From the NCBI GenBank assembly GCA_963712275.1, contig CAVQHD010000001.1, positions 896,001 to 960,000 of the forward strand: 64,000 bases of DNA, read 5' to 3'. The notes under the pieces are model-generated. The model did no database searches and was not told the origin of the DNA. It saw only the letters and a program-made list of their open reading frames with translations. Below, one piece after another: positions 10,316-19,781 of the stretch (positions are counted from its first letter, which is position 1; the number at the start of each line of letters is the position of its first letter). Source of the DNA: an uncultured Rhabdochlamydiaceae bacterium (GTDB lineage: Bacteria > Chlamydiota > Chlamydiia > Chlamydiales > Rhabdochlamydiaceae). Both the position numbers and the translations under genes were made by a program.

Positions 10316-12451
10316 GTGAATATGATGTCCTTTAAACCCATGGACTGGTTGGTGTCTTGTTGGTACCACAGGGTCTTTGTGAAATGGAGATGGGTTCAAA
10401 AAAGCCTGTTTATCTTTTTTTTCATTTTATCGCTTGCGTCTTTCTTTCATTTTCGTGAAATCCATGTCGATCATTTAGAGTTAGGAACTGTCACGCAAAA
10501 GTACGTGCTTGCCCAAGTGGGGTTTGACTTTACAGACGTTGAAACCACGCGTGTATTAAAAGAAGAATCTTTGCGGGACATTGGAAGAATTTATTATTTT
10601 GATGATGAGGAAATTTTTAAAATAGAGAGGCAAGTTCATAATGACTTGATAAGAGACCCTCAGTGGAGAAATGAGTTTGCTTCTACGACTTTTGACGACC
10701 TAGTTCATGCTTGCGAGTTGATCCATGATGTTCTTTTAAAAAGTGTGTTTTCGGATGACAGGACCATTCAAAAACTGATTCAAATGGGCCTCGCTTCTAA
10801 ACAATGCCTTATGAAAGCGGGAACGATGAGTTCTATTTGGGACCAAATCGAGCAGAAAGCATTTGTCTCGCTGGGAGCTGTTTCTCGGTTTGTTTTAGAA
10901 AAATATCGACAGCATTCTTGGAGCCTTAAAGAAGATTTTAATCTTCGGCAGTGCCTTCGGCGAAAAATTAAAGAAGAAATCCCCATTAAAAAAACCCGCA
11001 TAGAGGCAGGAAGCCGCATTATTAATGCAGGAGATGAAGTCACCAGCAGGCATCTAGACATGCTGCAGGAAATGAAAAAAGCTTTAGCAGAAGAGAGGCA
11101 TTTACTTAAACCGCTAACGATTTTGGGCAGCGTTGCTCTTGCGGCAATCTTAACATTTTTGGGACTCTACTATTTCCGAGGGTTTCATCCTTGGCTACTC
11201 AAGTCTTTTTCTAAGCTCGCCTTAGTTGCAATGGTCATTTTACTGACTCTTTGCTTAGCGAAGATCACTGAATATGTTATCTTGTATAAGTCAGGGCATC
11301 TCTTTGATATTTGCCGGCTTCCTATCTTCGCTCTTTTTGCCAGTATGACGATTTCCATTCTCATTGATCGAAATGTTGCGCTCTTTGTCTCTGGATTCAT
11401 TACGCTTGTTCTGGGAGTGACCCTTGCAATGGAATCGGATGAATTTTTAATCATTAATTTATCGACTGCGGTGATGGCCATTGTTTGGACGAAAGATGTT
11501 CGAAAAAGAAAAGACATTTTTGTCATTTGCACGAAAATTTGGCTCTTGACCCTACCCCTCATCTTGGCAATCAATTTGCTCAGTCATCAATTTTGGCATC
11601 GGCAAGTTTTGACAGACTTTCTAACGACATTTCTCTTTATTTTTGTCATCGGAATCCTTGTGATTGCAATCCTTCCGCTTTTAGAGTCGATTTTTGGGAT
11701 CGTCACCGATTTAATGCTTATGGAGGTCGGAGACCCTAATCATACCCTTCTCAGGCGTCTTAGCTTAGAAGCCCCTGGCACCTATCAACACTCGCTTGGA
11801 GTTGCATCGCTGGCAGAAGAGGCTGCTCGTGCCATTGGAGCAAGCGCTCTTTTGTGCCGCGTCGGCTCCCTCTACCACGATATTGGAAAAATTGCACAAC
11901 CCCAATATTTTTCTGAAAATCAACTTTCAGGATTTGACATGCACCAACTACTGACGCCTCTGGAGTCTGCCCAGGTCATCATTCAACATGTTACGGATGG
12001 GATTAAATTAGCTGAAAGCTGCGAACTTCCGAGGCCCATCATTGAGATGATTCAGCAGCATCATGGGACAACGCTTGTCTATTATTTTTATCACGCGCAG
12101 ATTGAAAAAAATCGAGCGAAAGCAATTGAGGTTGAGGAAGGCTTTTTTCGGTATCCAGGACCTATTCCGCAGTCTCGTGAGTCAGCTGTTGTGATGCTTG
12201 CAGACTCCATTGAAGCGGCTTACCGATCTCAAGACGAGGTATCTGAAAAAGCGATTGCTCAGCTTGTTGAGGGGATTGTCTCTGATAAGATACGGGAGCA
12301 TCAACTCGATGCCTCTCAGCTTACGTTCGAAGACCTTAAAGCAATCAAAAAGGCGATGTTCCGCTCGCTGATGGCTTTAGGCCACAGCCGCGCCAAATAT
12401 CCGGCCCCTGTTAAGGCGCCAGTCCCAATCCCGAGCGAAGTGCTGGTATAG
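10316..12451 (+). CDS. 7TM-HD (HDIG) phosphohydrolase, PgpH-like
   Basis: N-terminal TM, extracellular domain, about 7 TM helices, then EAPGTYQHS, YHDIGK, QHHGTT, RYPGP and MLADSIEAA. Confidence 0.9.
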   Translation: MNMMSFKPMDWLVSCWYHRVFVKWRWVQKSLFIFFFILSLASFFHFREIHVDHLELGTVTQKYVLAQVGFDFTDVETTRVLKEESLRDIGRIYYFDDEEIFKIERQVHNDLIRDPQWRNEFASTTFDDLVHACELIHDVLLKSVFSDDRTIQKLIQMGLASKQCLMKAGTMSSIWDQIEQKAFVSLGAVSRFVLEKYRQHSWSLKEDFNLRQCLRRKIKEEIPIKKTRIEAGSRIINAGDEVTSRHLDMLQEMKKALAEERHLLKPLTILGSVALAAILTFLGLYYFRGFHPWLLKSFSKLALVAMVILLTLCLAKITEYVILYKSGHLFDICRLPIFALFASMTISILIDRNVALFVSGFITLVLGVTLAMESDEFLIINLSTAVMAIVWTKDVRKRKDIFVICTKIWLLTLPLILAINLLSHQFWHRQVLTDFLTTFLFIFVIGILVIAILPLLESIFGIVTDLMLMEVGDPNHTLLRRLSLEAPGTYQHSLGVASLAEEAARAIGASALLCRVGSLYHDIGKIAQPQYFSENQLSGFDMHQLLTPLESAQVIIQHVTDGIKLAESCELPRPIIEMIQQHHGTTLVYYFYHAQIEKNRAKAIEVEEGFFRYPGPIPQSRESAVVMLADSIEAAYRSQDEVSEKAIAQLVEGIVSDKIREHQLDASQLTFEDLKAIKKAMFRSLMALGHSRAKYPAPVKAPVPIPSEVLV

Positions 12452-12458
12452 GGGGGTG

Positions 12459-14519
12459 TTATAGGAGCTGAAAATTCTCATCGACCCATTTTTTCGTAAG
12501 TTTGGCGATAATTTCTTGTTCGAGCCTTTTTTGCTGATCGTGCAGTGCGTCAATAGCTTGTTTGGTTTCTCCTTCACGCCTTGATTTATCAAAAATAAGG
12601 GTATCGATCTGCTCTGAAATCGCCTCAATCGGTTTAAAAGCCTCTGGGTGGAGGGCTTTTACCCTTTCACTCCATTTGTCGTATTGGGGCAGAATCTGAG
12701 CAATCGCTTCTGCAGATTGAGTCGTCTTCAAAACTTTGTCCCCATCTTCAGCGAGCATTTCCACTGTGATGCCAGCGACCTCTGAGTAGAGCATCTCCTC
12801 TGTTGAAATAGGAAGCTGCAGCTGATCTTTAAGCTTAATGTGGTAGAAGAGAAAGACTTCAATCTGGTCGCCCAAACGGAGTTCATCGATACGTCTCCAG
12901 GCAATTTTATCGAGTTCATCCTTGCGCTTCAGTCCTACCAGAAGCTTTGCCAGGCCCACTTCATCAAACGCTTCGCTTTGGCTTAAGTGCCACTCGATTT
13001 CGATATCGTCAAAAATCACAGTGATGCGATCACCACAGCCTCTTTCAGCTAAGCCGTTTTCTAGAATTGGAAAAAGCCTTGCGCAAAAGTCAGTATTGAC
13101 AACAGCTTGCTGGAGCATATGACCGACGCGCAAGATCATATTTTGCTTTGTTCTTCCGCCATTTCGATAATCGCTTGTCTCTTTTAATCTTTGTAGAAGT
13201 ATGTGTAAATTATCGCTCCCTGGATGAGCTCGTACGGTTGCATAAAAGTTGAGACAGAATCTATCTGCTGCTCCGGCTCTTGGGAAACAGCCTTGCTTAT
13301 CCTCGCAGTGCTCCGGGAACTCTTTTTGAAACAGCCCAAGCCAAAACATCAGGCTATCATCCAGCGTCCCTTCAATAGAGGGCCTGTCTTCGTGAATGGA
13401 AGCAAAAAATCTTGGGCCTAGTCCAGGATTGCATCTTCGTACCGCTTGAATACAAGTCTGAAAGGCTATGATGCTTTCTGGAGTGAGGCGATTCCAGTAC
13501 GCAAAAATATGGCAGTTAGCAGAAAGTAAAGCTAAAAACGGAGGTAGCACTGTAAATTCGTTGCGAAAGAGGGAAAGTTGTTTTAGATGAATAAGTTGCC
13601 TAATTTCGGTAGGCAGCTCTGTTAAATAATTGTTGCAAATATGAAGGGATTCTAGGTTAATCAGACGACCAATCTCAGGTGACAAAACTCTCAAATTTAC
13701 GCGAAAAAGGTCAAGGGACTTTAGGCTGATAATCTGAAAAATTTCAGGCGGTAGGCCTCTCCATGGATTCATACTGATATTAAGTTTCAGAAGTTCAGTC
13801 AATTGCCCAAATTCAGGTGGAAGAGTCTCCAGTTTGTTATTGGAGATATTAAGCTCCTTTAAATTCTTAAGTTGACAAATTTCAGGCGGTAGAGTCTTCA
13901 ATTTGTTGTTGCTAATATCAAGTACCTCCAGATGGGCGAAGTGTCCAATTTCAGACGGTAGGGTCTTCAATTTATTACCAGGAATCATTAGAGATATTAA
14001 GCCGGTAAATTGAAAAATTTGGGGTGGTAAAGTCGTGAGATCTCCACAATCTATAGAAAGTATTTTGACTTGACTTAGAGCAATTTTGTGGTCCCATATC
14101 CACTGATCAAATTGATCTGTTATTGTATAGGACCCAAACTCGTTAAAACAAAAGTCAACGTTAATTTCTGAAGCAAGAGCTTTCCATAATATGAGAACAT
14201 CACGGGTCGGCCCTGGAGGATAATTGTCGAATGAATCAGCAGTTTTATGACTGGAGGTGCTATACGATTTATAAACAAGAAAAACCACTGTCGTCAAGGC
14301 CTTCAGTTCCTTGGATATATCTGATATTGCAATAAAGAGTCCAACGGCAGCATAAGCGGCAGTAATAGCCCACTTCTGATGTGTTTGTGGTCCTAAAATC
14401 TTTCTAAAGAGAGGATAAATAAGGCTGTCAACGCCAATAGAGGAAACAGTGGCTAGCGCCAAGGCCGCAGGATAGAAAAAGGGAGTAGGTACCTGGTTTA
14501 CCATAAATTTTATAGACAT
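12459..14519 (-). CDS. LRR plus NEL (IpaH/SspH-type) E3 ubiquitin ligase with N-terminal hydrophobic segments
   Basis: 23-aa LRRs (LDISNNKLKTLPPEICQLKNL); CGDR catalytic C-x-D motif; DQIEVFLFYHIKLKDQLQLP..EMLYSEVAGIT matches the NEL C-terminal consensus. Confidence 0.85.
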   Translation of the reverse strand: MSIKFMVNQVPTPFFYPAALALATVSSIGVDSLIYPLFRKILGPQTHQKWAITAAYAAVGLFIAISDISKELKALTTVVFLVYKSYSTSSHKTADSFDNYPPGPTRDVLILWKALASEINVDFCFNEFGSYTITDQFDQWIWDHKIALSQVKILSIDCGDLTTLPPQIFQFTGLISLMIPGNKLKTLPSEIGHFAHLEVLDISNNKLKTLPPEICQLKNLKELNISNNKLETLPPEFGQLTELLKLNISMNPWRGLPPEIFQIISLKSLDLFRVNLRVLSPEIGRLINLESLHICNNYLTELPTEIRQLIHLKQLSLFRNEFTVLPPFLALLSANCHIFAYWNRLTPESIIAFQTCIQAVRRCNPGLGPRFFASIHEDRPSIEGTLDDSLMFWLGLFQKEFPEHCEDKQGCFPRAGAADRFCLNFYATVRAHPGSDNLHILLQRLKETSDYRNGGRTKQNMILRVGHMLQQAVVNTDFCARLFPILENGLAERGCGDRITVIFDDIEIEWHLSQSEAFDEVGLAKLLVGLKRKDELDKIAWRRIDELRLGDQIEVFLFYHIKLKDQLQLPISTEEMLYSEVAGITVEMLAEDGDKVLKTTQSAEAIAQILPQYDKWSERVKALHPEAFKPIEAISEQIDTLIFDKSRREGETKQAIDALHDQQKRLEQEIIAKLTKKWVDENFQLL

Positions 14520-16240
14520 TGGTCATTTACCCTATGTGTTGTGCGCTCCTGAAAGTAGAATTGGAGCAGGTGTGAACATTGGTCAAGATGCTTTCGGCAT
14601 TCTTTGATGCCGCGAGTGATCGAGCGGCGGGCAGGCCGGTAGGCGCTTAAATAAACTTTCAGTTTGGGCTCTGTTCCGGAGGGGCGAATGATAAGAGAGG
14701 TTCCATCTTCTAGCATCCACTGCAGAATATCGGAGGAAGGAAGTTCTCCGACTTGTTGAAGATAATCGATGATTTGGATAACGGTTTGGTCCCCAAGGGA
14801 GGCGGGAGGATCATCTCTTAACGTTTGCATGAGATGCTGAATCGTTTCAACGCCTTCCTTGCCGCTTGAGAAAGTGAGTGAAAGCCCGCTTTCTTGAAAA
14901 ATGCCAAAACGGCTGTAGATCTCGTGGAGAAGATCAAGGCATGTTTTCCCTTGAGCTTTAAGGTCTGCGCTCATCTGAGCAAAAAGGCATGCGGCGGCAA
15001 TTCCATCTTTGTCTCGGCAGGAAGTTCCCAGCAGGTAGCCGTGCGATTCCTCCGCGCCAAAGAGGAACGAATATCCTTCTGAAGGTTCAAGTTCCCACTG
15101 CCGGATCTTTTCCGCGATGTATTTAAAGCCTGTCAGCACGCGAAATGTTTTCACCTGGTACGCGCTCCCGATTCTATCGATCAATGGTGTGGTTACAAGA
15201 GAGGTCACAAGAGCGCTTTTGGGAGGGATCATCTCTCTTTTTGAAAGAGTATCGCACAGATAATAGGCTCCAAGGGCTGCGAGTTCGTGCCCATTTAAGC
15301 AAACAACTTTTCCTCGATGTTGAATGACAACGCCAAGACGATCGGCGTCGGGGTCTGTGACAAAGAGGAGATCGCTTTTGGTTTGTTTAAGCCATCTGAT
15401 CCCTTCTTGAAGAGAGGCGGCAGACTCGGGGTTGGGAGATGGGGCGGAAGGGAAATCTCCATCGATAGTGCATTGAGATTCAACGAGGAGGGGGGCGGAA
15501 AATCCGCACCGTTTGAGCGCTTTGGGCAGAAGAGTGATGCCTGTCCCATGAAGGCTGCTGTAGCAAATCTGCAGAGGTGTTTTGGGAGGTGGTGAAAAGA
15601 TCGGAAGAGAGGCGATGGCATTCAGATAGGCTTCATCTATGTTCCCGTCAATCCATGAGATGAGAGGGTGATCAAGAGCTCCGATTTTAACGTCGGAGTA
15701 AGACGCGATCTTTTCAATCTCATCCATGATGCCCTGATCGTGAGGGAAGACGATTTGAGCTCCATCGCTCCAGTACACCTTGTAGCCATTATACTCTTTG
15801 GGATTGTGAGAAGCCGTGATCATGATAGCGGCTTGGGCTTTAAGATGCCTGCAAGCAAAGGAGACAAAAGGGGTTGGCCTCAGCTCGCGGCATAAAAAAA
15901 CGGGGATCTCGTTTCCAACAAGAACACGGGCGGCCTCCTTGGCAAAGAGCTCTGAATGCCGGCGGCTATCAAACCCAATGACAACTCCCTTCGAAGAAAA
16001 GGTTTGTTTTCGAAGGTAGGCGGCAACTCCTTGCGTTGCTTTTCGGATGGTGTAAATATTCATCCGATAAGTCCCTACGCCCATGATGCCGCGAAGTCCA
16101 CCTGTCCCAAATTTAAGATCGGCAAAAAAGGCATCTTCGAGTTCTGTCGGATGGTTCCATAGATTTTTTACCTGCTCGCGTGTGATGGGGTCGAAATAGG
16201 GGTCTTCCAGCCACGGGCGGGCTCGAGTCTCAATCATCAC
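14510..16240 (-). CDS. Phosphoglucomutase/phosphomannomutase family protein
   Basis: FGTGGLRG, ITASHNP phosphoserine motif, DPDADR metal loop, EESHG, RPSGTEPKLK. Confidence 0.95.
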   Translation of the reverse strand: MMIETRARPWLEDPYFDPITREQVKNLWNHPTELEDAFFADLKFGTGGLRGIMGVGTYRMNIYTIRKATQGVAAYLRKQTFSSKGVVIGFDSRRHSELFAKEAARVLVGNEIPVFLCRELRPTPFVSFACRHLKAQAAIMITASHNPKEYNGYKVYWSDGAQIVFPHDQGIMDEIEKIASYSDVKIGALDHPLISWIDGNIDEAYLNAIASLPIFSPPPKTPLQICYSSLHGTGITLLPKALKRCGFSAPLLVESQCTIDGDFPSAPSPNPESAASLQEGIRWLKQTKSDLLFVTDPDADRLGVVIQHRGKVVCLNGHELAALGAYYLCDTLSKREMIPPKSALVTSLVTTPLIDRIGSAYQVKTFRVLTGFKYIAEKIRQWELEPSEGYSFLFGAEESHGYLLGTSCRDKDGIAAACLFAQMSADLKAQGKTCLDLLHEIYSRFGIFQESGLSLTFSSGKEGVETIQHLMQTLRDDPPASLGDQTVIQIIDYLQQVGELPSSDILQWMLEDGTSLIIRPSGTEPKLKVYLSAYRPARRSITRGIKECRKHLDQCSHLLQFYFQERTTHRVNDQCL

Positions 16241-16252
16241 TTTTCTCCCTCC

Positions 16253-16654
16253 CTACCGGTTTTTCTCCTCTTCAATGACTTTAAAAGATACCACCGGAGC
16301 ATCTTCGTGGTCAATCCCTTCGCATCGACGAGAGGCTTCTTTCCACTGCTCTGGCGTAGATAAATTTTCTTTCCACCAGGGAAATGTTCGGCATTGAAGA
16401 GGGCGGACTGAATAGATTTGACATTTTTTGTCTTTTAAAAAGATGCAGTCATAGGTGATTCGGTCTTCTCTTAGAGAGACCCTTCCAAAAATTGAGCGGG
16501 TATATGTTTGAAGAAATTGCGGCCTTGAAATCCCAAGATGGGTTGCGATGGCATCGATTTCTTCCGTTGAGAGCCAAACATAACCGGGCTCTCCAGTGCA
16601 ACACTGGCCGCACCCTGTACATTTAAATCGAAGCCCTTTTTTATACCAGGTCAT
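16253..16654 (-). CDS. YkgJ-family cysteine-cluster protein
   Basis: FKCTGCGQCC...CIFL...CQIYSVRPLQCRTFPWW...CEG; start taken at MTWYKKG. Confidence 0.88.
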   Translation of the reverse strand: MTWYKKGLRFKCTGCGQCCTGEPGYVWLSTEEIDAIATHLGISRPQFLQTYTRSIFGRVSLREDRITYDCIFLKDKKCQIYSVRPLQCRTFPWWKENLSTPEQWKEASRRCEGIDHEDAPVVSFKVIEEEKNR

Positions 16655-17507
16655 ATGTAGCCTCACGAGAAGGGGCCCATCGATCGAGGTTCCATTCATA
16701 GAGTTGAACGGAGGCTGACTCTTGTGAAAGATCGATCAAATGCAGGCCACCTAGAGTTCGATAAGTTGTTGAACCTGGATCCAGAATTAAAGGGAGCCCA
16801 CTCGCCTTCAAATGGGCTTGACACTGGCGGTGCGTATGTCCATGGCAATAAATTTTAATCTGAGGGAATTGTTCAATCACCTTTTTAAGTTCACTGCCTC
16901 GCACCAGTTGTTTTCGCGGAGACTCGTGCTGGAAAAAGGGGAAGTGGTTGATGAGCATGATTTGATCTGTAGGAGGAATCTGATGGAGGATGGCTTTGAG
17001 GGCTTCCTCTGTTTGAGGGTTAAAATAGCCGGTGGAGTAAAACCAAGAAGTGGCAAGGGCTGTATCAAGGCCCACGATCCACCATCCATTCTCGATTTTT
17101 TTGACGGTAACACCGTGCTGTTTCAAATTATAGGGGCCCGTTTCCCAGTTGCTGGAGAAATAGTCGTAGAAAAACCGGTTTTTATAGGCTGCTTTCGTAT
17201 AGTGGTCATGATTTCCAGGAATGCAGAGAACGGTAAGCCCTTGCTTTTCTAGATCGGTTACAAAGCGGCGGGCAGCCGAAAATTCTGCAGGGGCAGAGGT
17301 TGTTGAAAGATCTCCTGTAATGAGGACAGTTGAAACATTCTGAGATTGAAAAAAAGCGGGGAGACTTTGCAGGCGATCGTGGACAAAGAGGTGACGCCTC
17401 CCAAATAGAAAATTGAGGTTCCCGAGCCATCTTTTTGAGAAGAATTGAGAAAGTTTCCAGTCCCAGCTAGTAAAGTGAAGATCTGAGAGGTGGGCGATAC
17501 GGTTCAA
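16641..17507 (-). CDS. Calcineurin-like metallophosphoesterase
   Basis: SDLH, TGDL, PGNHD, NHFP and HGHTH motifs. Confidence 0.9.
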   Translation of the reverse strand: MNRIAHLSDLHFTSWDWKLSQFFSKRWLGNLNFLFGRRHLFVHDRLQSLPAFFQSQNVSTVLITGDLSTTSAPAEFSAARRFVTDLEKQGLTVLCIPGNHDHYTKAAYKNRFFYDYFSSNWETGPYNLKQHGVTVKKIENGWWIVGLDTALATSWFYSTGYFNPQTEEALKAILHQIPPTDQIMLINHFPFFQHESPRKQLVRGSELKKVIEQFPQIKIYCHGHTHRQCQAHLKASGLPLILDPGSTTYRTLGGLHLIDLSQESASVQLYEWNLDRWAPSREATYDLV

Positions 17508-17510
17508 GAT

Positions 17511-17888
17511 TTAACGGCCCTTATGTTTCGTCATTTGCCGCCGGATGACCTTTTTCTTAGCCTGTGTCTGTTGATTCAGTGTTTTAATCCACCGTTTCCC
17601 TTCGACATGGATAATGTGGGGAGGAGACTGCTCATCCACTGTTCCGGGAGTTGTTCGTTTTGAATGGGGCGCTCTTTTTTTCTTTTTTTGAATGGCAAGA
17701 TTTTTATTGAGGGATTTTAGGAGCGATTGGTCTTTTTTTTGCACTTTTTTAGGAAGTCTAGACAAAAGCTGCGGTGCTTTGATATGATCACTTGTTGGTA
17801 TAGGATCGGGTTGGAGGACAGAGGCTCGGATTTCTTTGTTCATTTTTTTCTTTAGTCGATTTGTTGTCTGGTGTTTAGGTTTATTCAT
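17511..17888 (-). CDS. Small Lys/Arg-rich hypothetical protein
   Basis: ATG with AGGAG RBS, co-directional with the downstream operon, very basic composition. Confidence 0.7.
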   Translation of the reverse strand: MNKPKHQTTNRLKKKMNKEIRASVLQPDPIPTSDHIKAPQLLSRLPKKVQKKDQSLLKSLNKNLAIQKKKKRAPHSKRTTPGTVDEQSPPHIIHVEGKRWIKTLNQQTQAKKKVIRRQMTKHKGR

Positions 17889-17964
17889 CTCCGGCTCCTT
17901 TTAGAAAATTTAATGATAAGCTTGACCTTCAACTGAAGATCCTCTACATGTTAGTTGTACTTCC

Positions 17965-18125
17965 GGTAGGAAAGGAGAAAAGTGAGATGTGCTTTTTGGC
18001 GGCGCCAAGCAGATTTTTTATACAAACCACAGCAAATAGCCTAGCGGCCATTCGCTGTGGTTTGTATAAAAAATCTACCATAGCGGCGCTCAAAAAGCCC
18101 TATCTCACTTTTCTCCTTTCCTACC
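17965..18125. repeat. Long palindromic intergenic element, family B (161 bp)
   Basis: Perfect 24-bp outer stem (17965-17988/18102-18125) and perfect 23-bp inner stem (18011-18033/18054-18076). Confidence 0.9.
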
Positions 18126-18152
18126 AACTCCTATGGAATCATTTTAGATAAA

Positions 18153-19760
18153 ATGTTAAAAAAATACCAGGAATTCATTCCTAAATCATTTTTTATCTTA
18201 CGGCATTATACTCTTGCAATCTTAAAAAAAGATTTAGCAGCGGGGGTGACCGTAGGTATCGTGGCCCTTCCGCTGGCAATGGCGTTTGCAATGGCCTCTG
18301 GGGTCGAGCCTGAGCGAGGCTTATTTACCGCCATCGTCGCAGGGTTCTTAATCTCTCTTTTAGGAGGAAGTCGCGTTCAAATTGGGGGCCCCACGGGGGC
18401 GTTTGTCATCATTGTCTATAGCGTGATTGAAAAGCATGGATATGATGGACTTGCCCTTGCCACGTTAATCGCAGGCGGCCTTTTAATTTTAATGGGGGCT
18501 TTCCGGCTGGGGAGCTTTATTAAATTTGTTCCCCACCCTCTCATTGTGGGGTTTACAACAGGGATAGCCCTCGTTGTATTTTCTTCCCAAATCAAGGACC
18601 TTTTAGGGCTGCATATCGAAGAAGTTCCCGTCCAGTTCGTCGATAAATGGATTCTTTATTTTCAAACATTTCCAACCTTTGATGGATTAACCGCCGCCGT
18701 AGGGCTTGGAACGGTGGCGCTCATTATGGCCTTGAAACGGTGGACCCCGTCTATTCCTTGGGGAATCGCAAGTTTGATCGTCGCCTCCGCTGTTTGTGCG
18801 ATGTTTCATCTTCCCGTTGCAACAATTGCTTCTCGATTTGGGACGCTCCCGCAAAGTCTTCCATCTCCCACCTTTCATTTTGATTTTGCCAGGACTTTAG
18901 ACGTGCTTCCCGATGCGATGACAATCGCGCTTCTGGCTGGAATAGAATCGCTCCTTTCAGCTGTGATTGCCGATAGCGTGACAGGAGGGCGGCATAAACC
19001 GAACTGTGAATTGATCGCTCAAGGAGTTGCCAATATTGGATCGATCTTGTTTGGAGGCATTCCTGCGACGGCAGCGATTGCCCGGACATCGACAAACATC
19101 AAAACGGGCGCTCAATCCCCCCTGGCAGGCATGATTCATGCCACTGTTGTCATGGTTCTGCTCTGGGCATGCTCTCCCCTTGTAGGGGGAATTCCACTCG
19201 CCTCTCTTGCCGCGATTCTCGTTGTCGTTTCATGGCAAATGAGCGAGCTATCCCATTTCTTCAAATTAACTCGCACTTCTAGAGGAGATGTCGCCATTTT
19301 ACTCACCTCCTTTTTACTCACGGCTCTCTTAGATCTCACAGTTGCTGTGGAAGTCGGGATGTTGATGGCTGCTTTCTTTTTCATGAAACGGATGAGCGAT
19401 GTCAAGCATGTGATTTCGTTTGAAACGCGCATTCCTGAACATGGGATTGAAGTGTATAAAATGCGCGGCCCTTTCTTTTTTGGAGTGACAGACCGGCTTA
19501 AAGATCTCATCATGCAGATGGAGCCGACCCCAAAACTGATTGTGCTTCGAATGAAGCACGTCCCTGTTTTAGATGCAACAGCTCTCCAGACCTTGCGCGA
19601 AATCCACCACCGGTGTCTTGCAAAAGGGTCCCGCCTCGCGCTCATTGATGTTCAGTCCGAGCCGCAAGAGCTCATCAAGCAATACGGCCTTGGCGAGCTC
19701 ATGAACGGCCCTGTCCCAGGCATCGATAGCTCCTTTGCCGAAACTCTTAAGGCGAACTAA
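18153..19760 (+). CDS. SulP/SLC26-family anion transporter with STAS domain
   Basis: DLAAGVTVGIVALPLAMAFA, GGSRVQIGGPTGAF, ESLLSA, C-terminal GPFFFG...LDAT STAS domain. Confidence 0.95.
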   Translation: MLKKYQEFIPKSFFILRHYTLAILKKDLAAGVTVGIVALPLAMAFAMASGVEPERGLFTAIVAGFLISLLGGSRVQIGGPTGAFVIIVYSVIEKHGYDGLALATLIAGGLLILMGAFRLGSFIKFVPHPLIVGFTTGIALVVFSSQIKDLLGLHIEEVPVQFVDKWILYFQTFPTFDGLTAAVGLGTVALIMALKRWTPSIPWGIASLIVASAVCAMFHLPVATIASRFGTLPQSLPSPTFHFDFARTLDVLPDAMTIALLAGIESLLSAVIADSVTGGRHKPNCELIAQGVANIGSILFGGIPATAAIARTSTNIKTGAQSPLAGMIHATVVMVLLWACSPLVGGIPLASLAAILVVVSWQMSELSHFFKLTRTSRGDVAILLTSFLLTALLDLTVAVEVGMLMAAFFFMKRMSDVKHVISFETRIPEHGIEVYKMRGPFFFGVTDRLKDLIMQMEPTPKLIVLRMKHVPVLDATALQTLREIHHRCLAKGSRLALIDVQSEPQELIKQYGLGELMNGPVPGIDSSFAETLKAN

Positions 19761-19781
19761 AAGAAAGTCTTAAAAGCAAAA

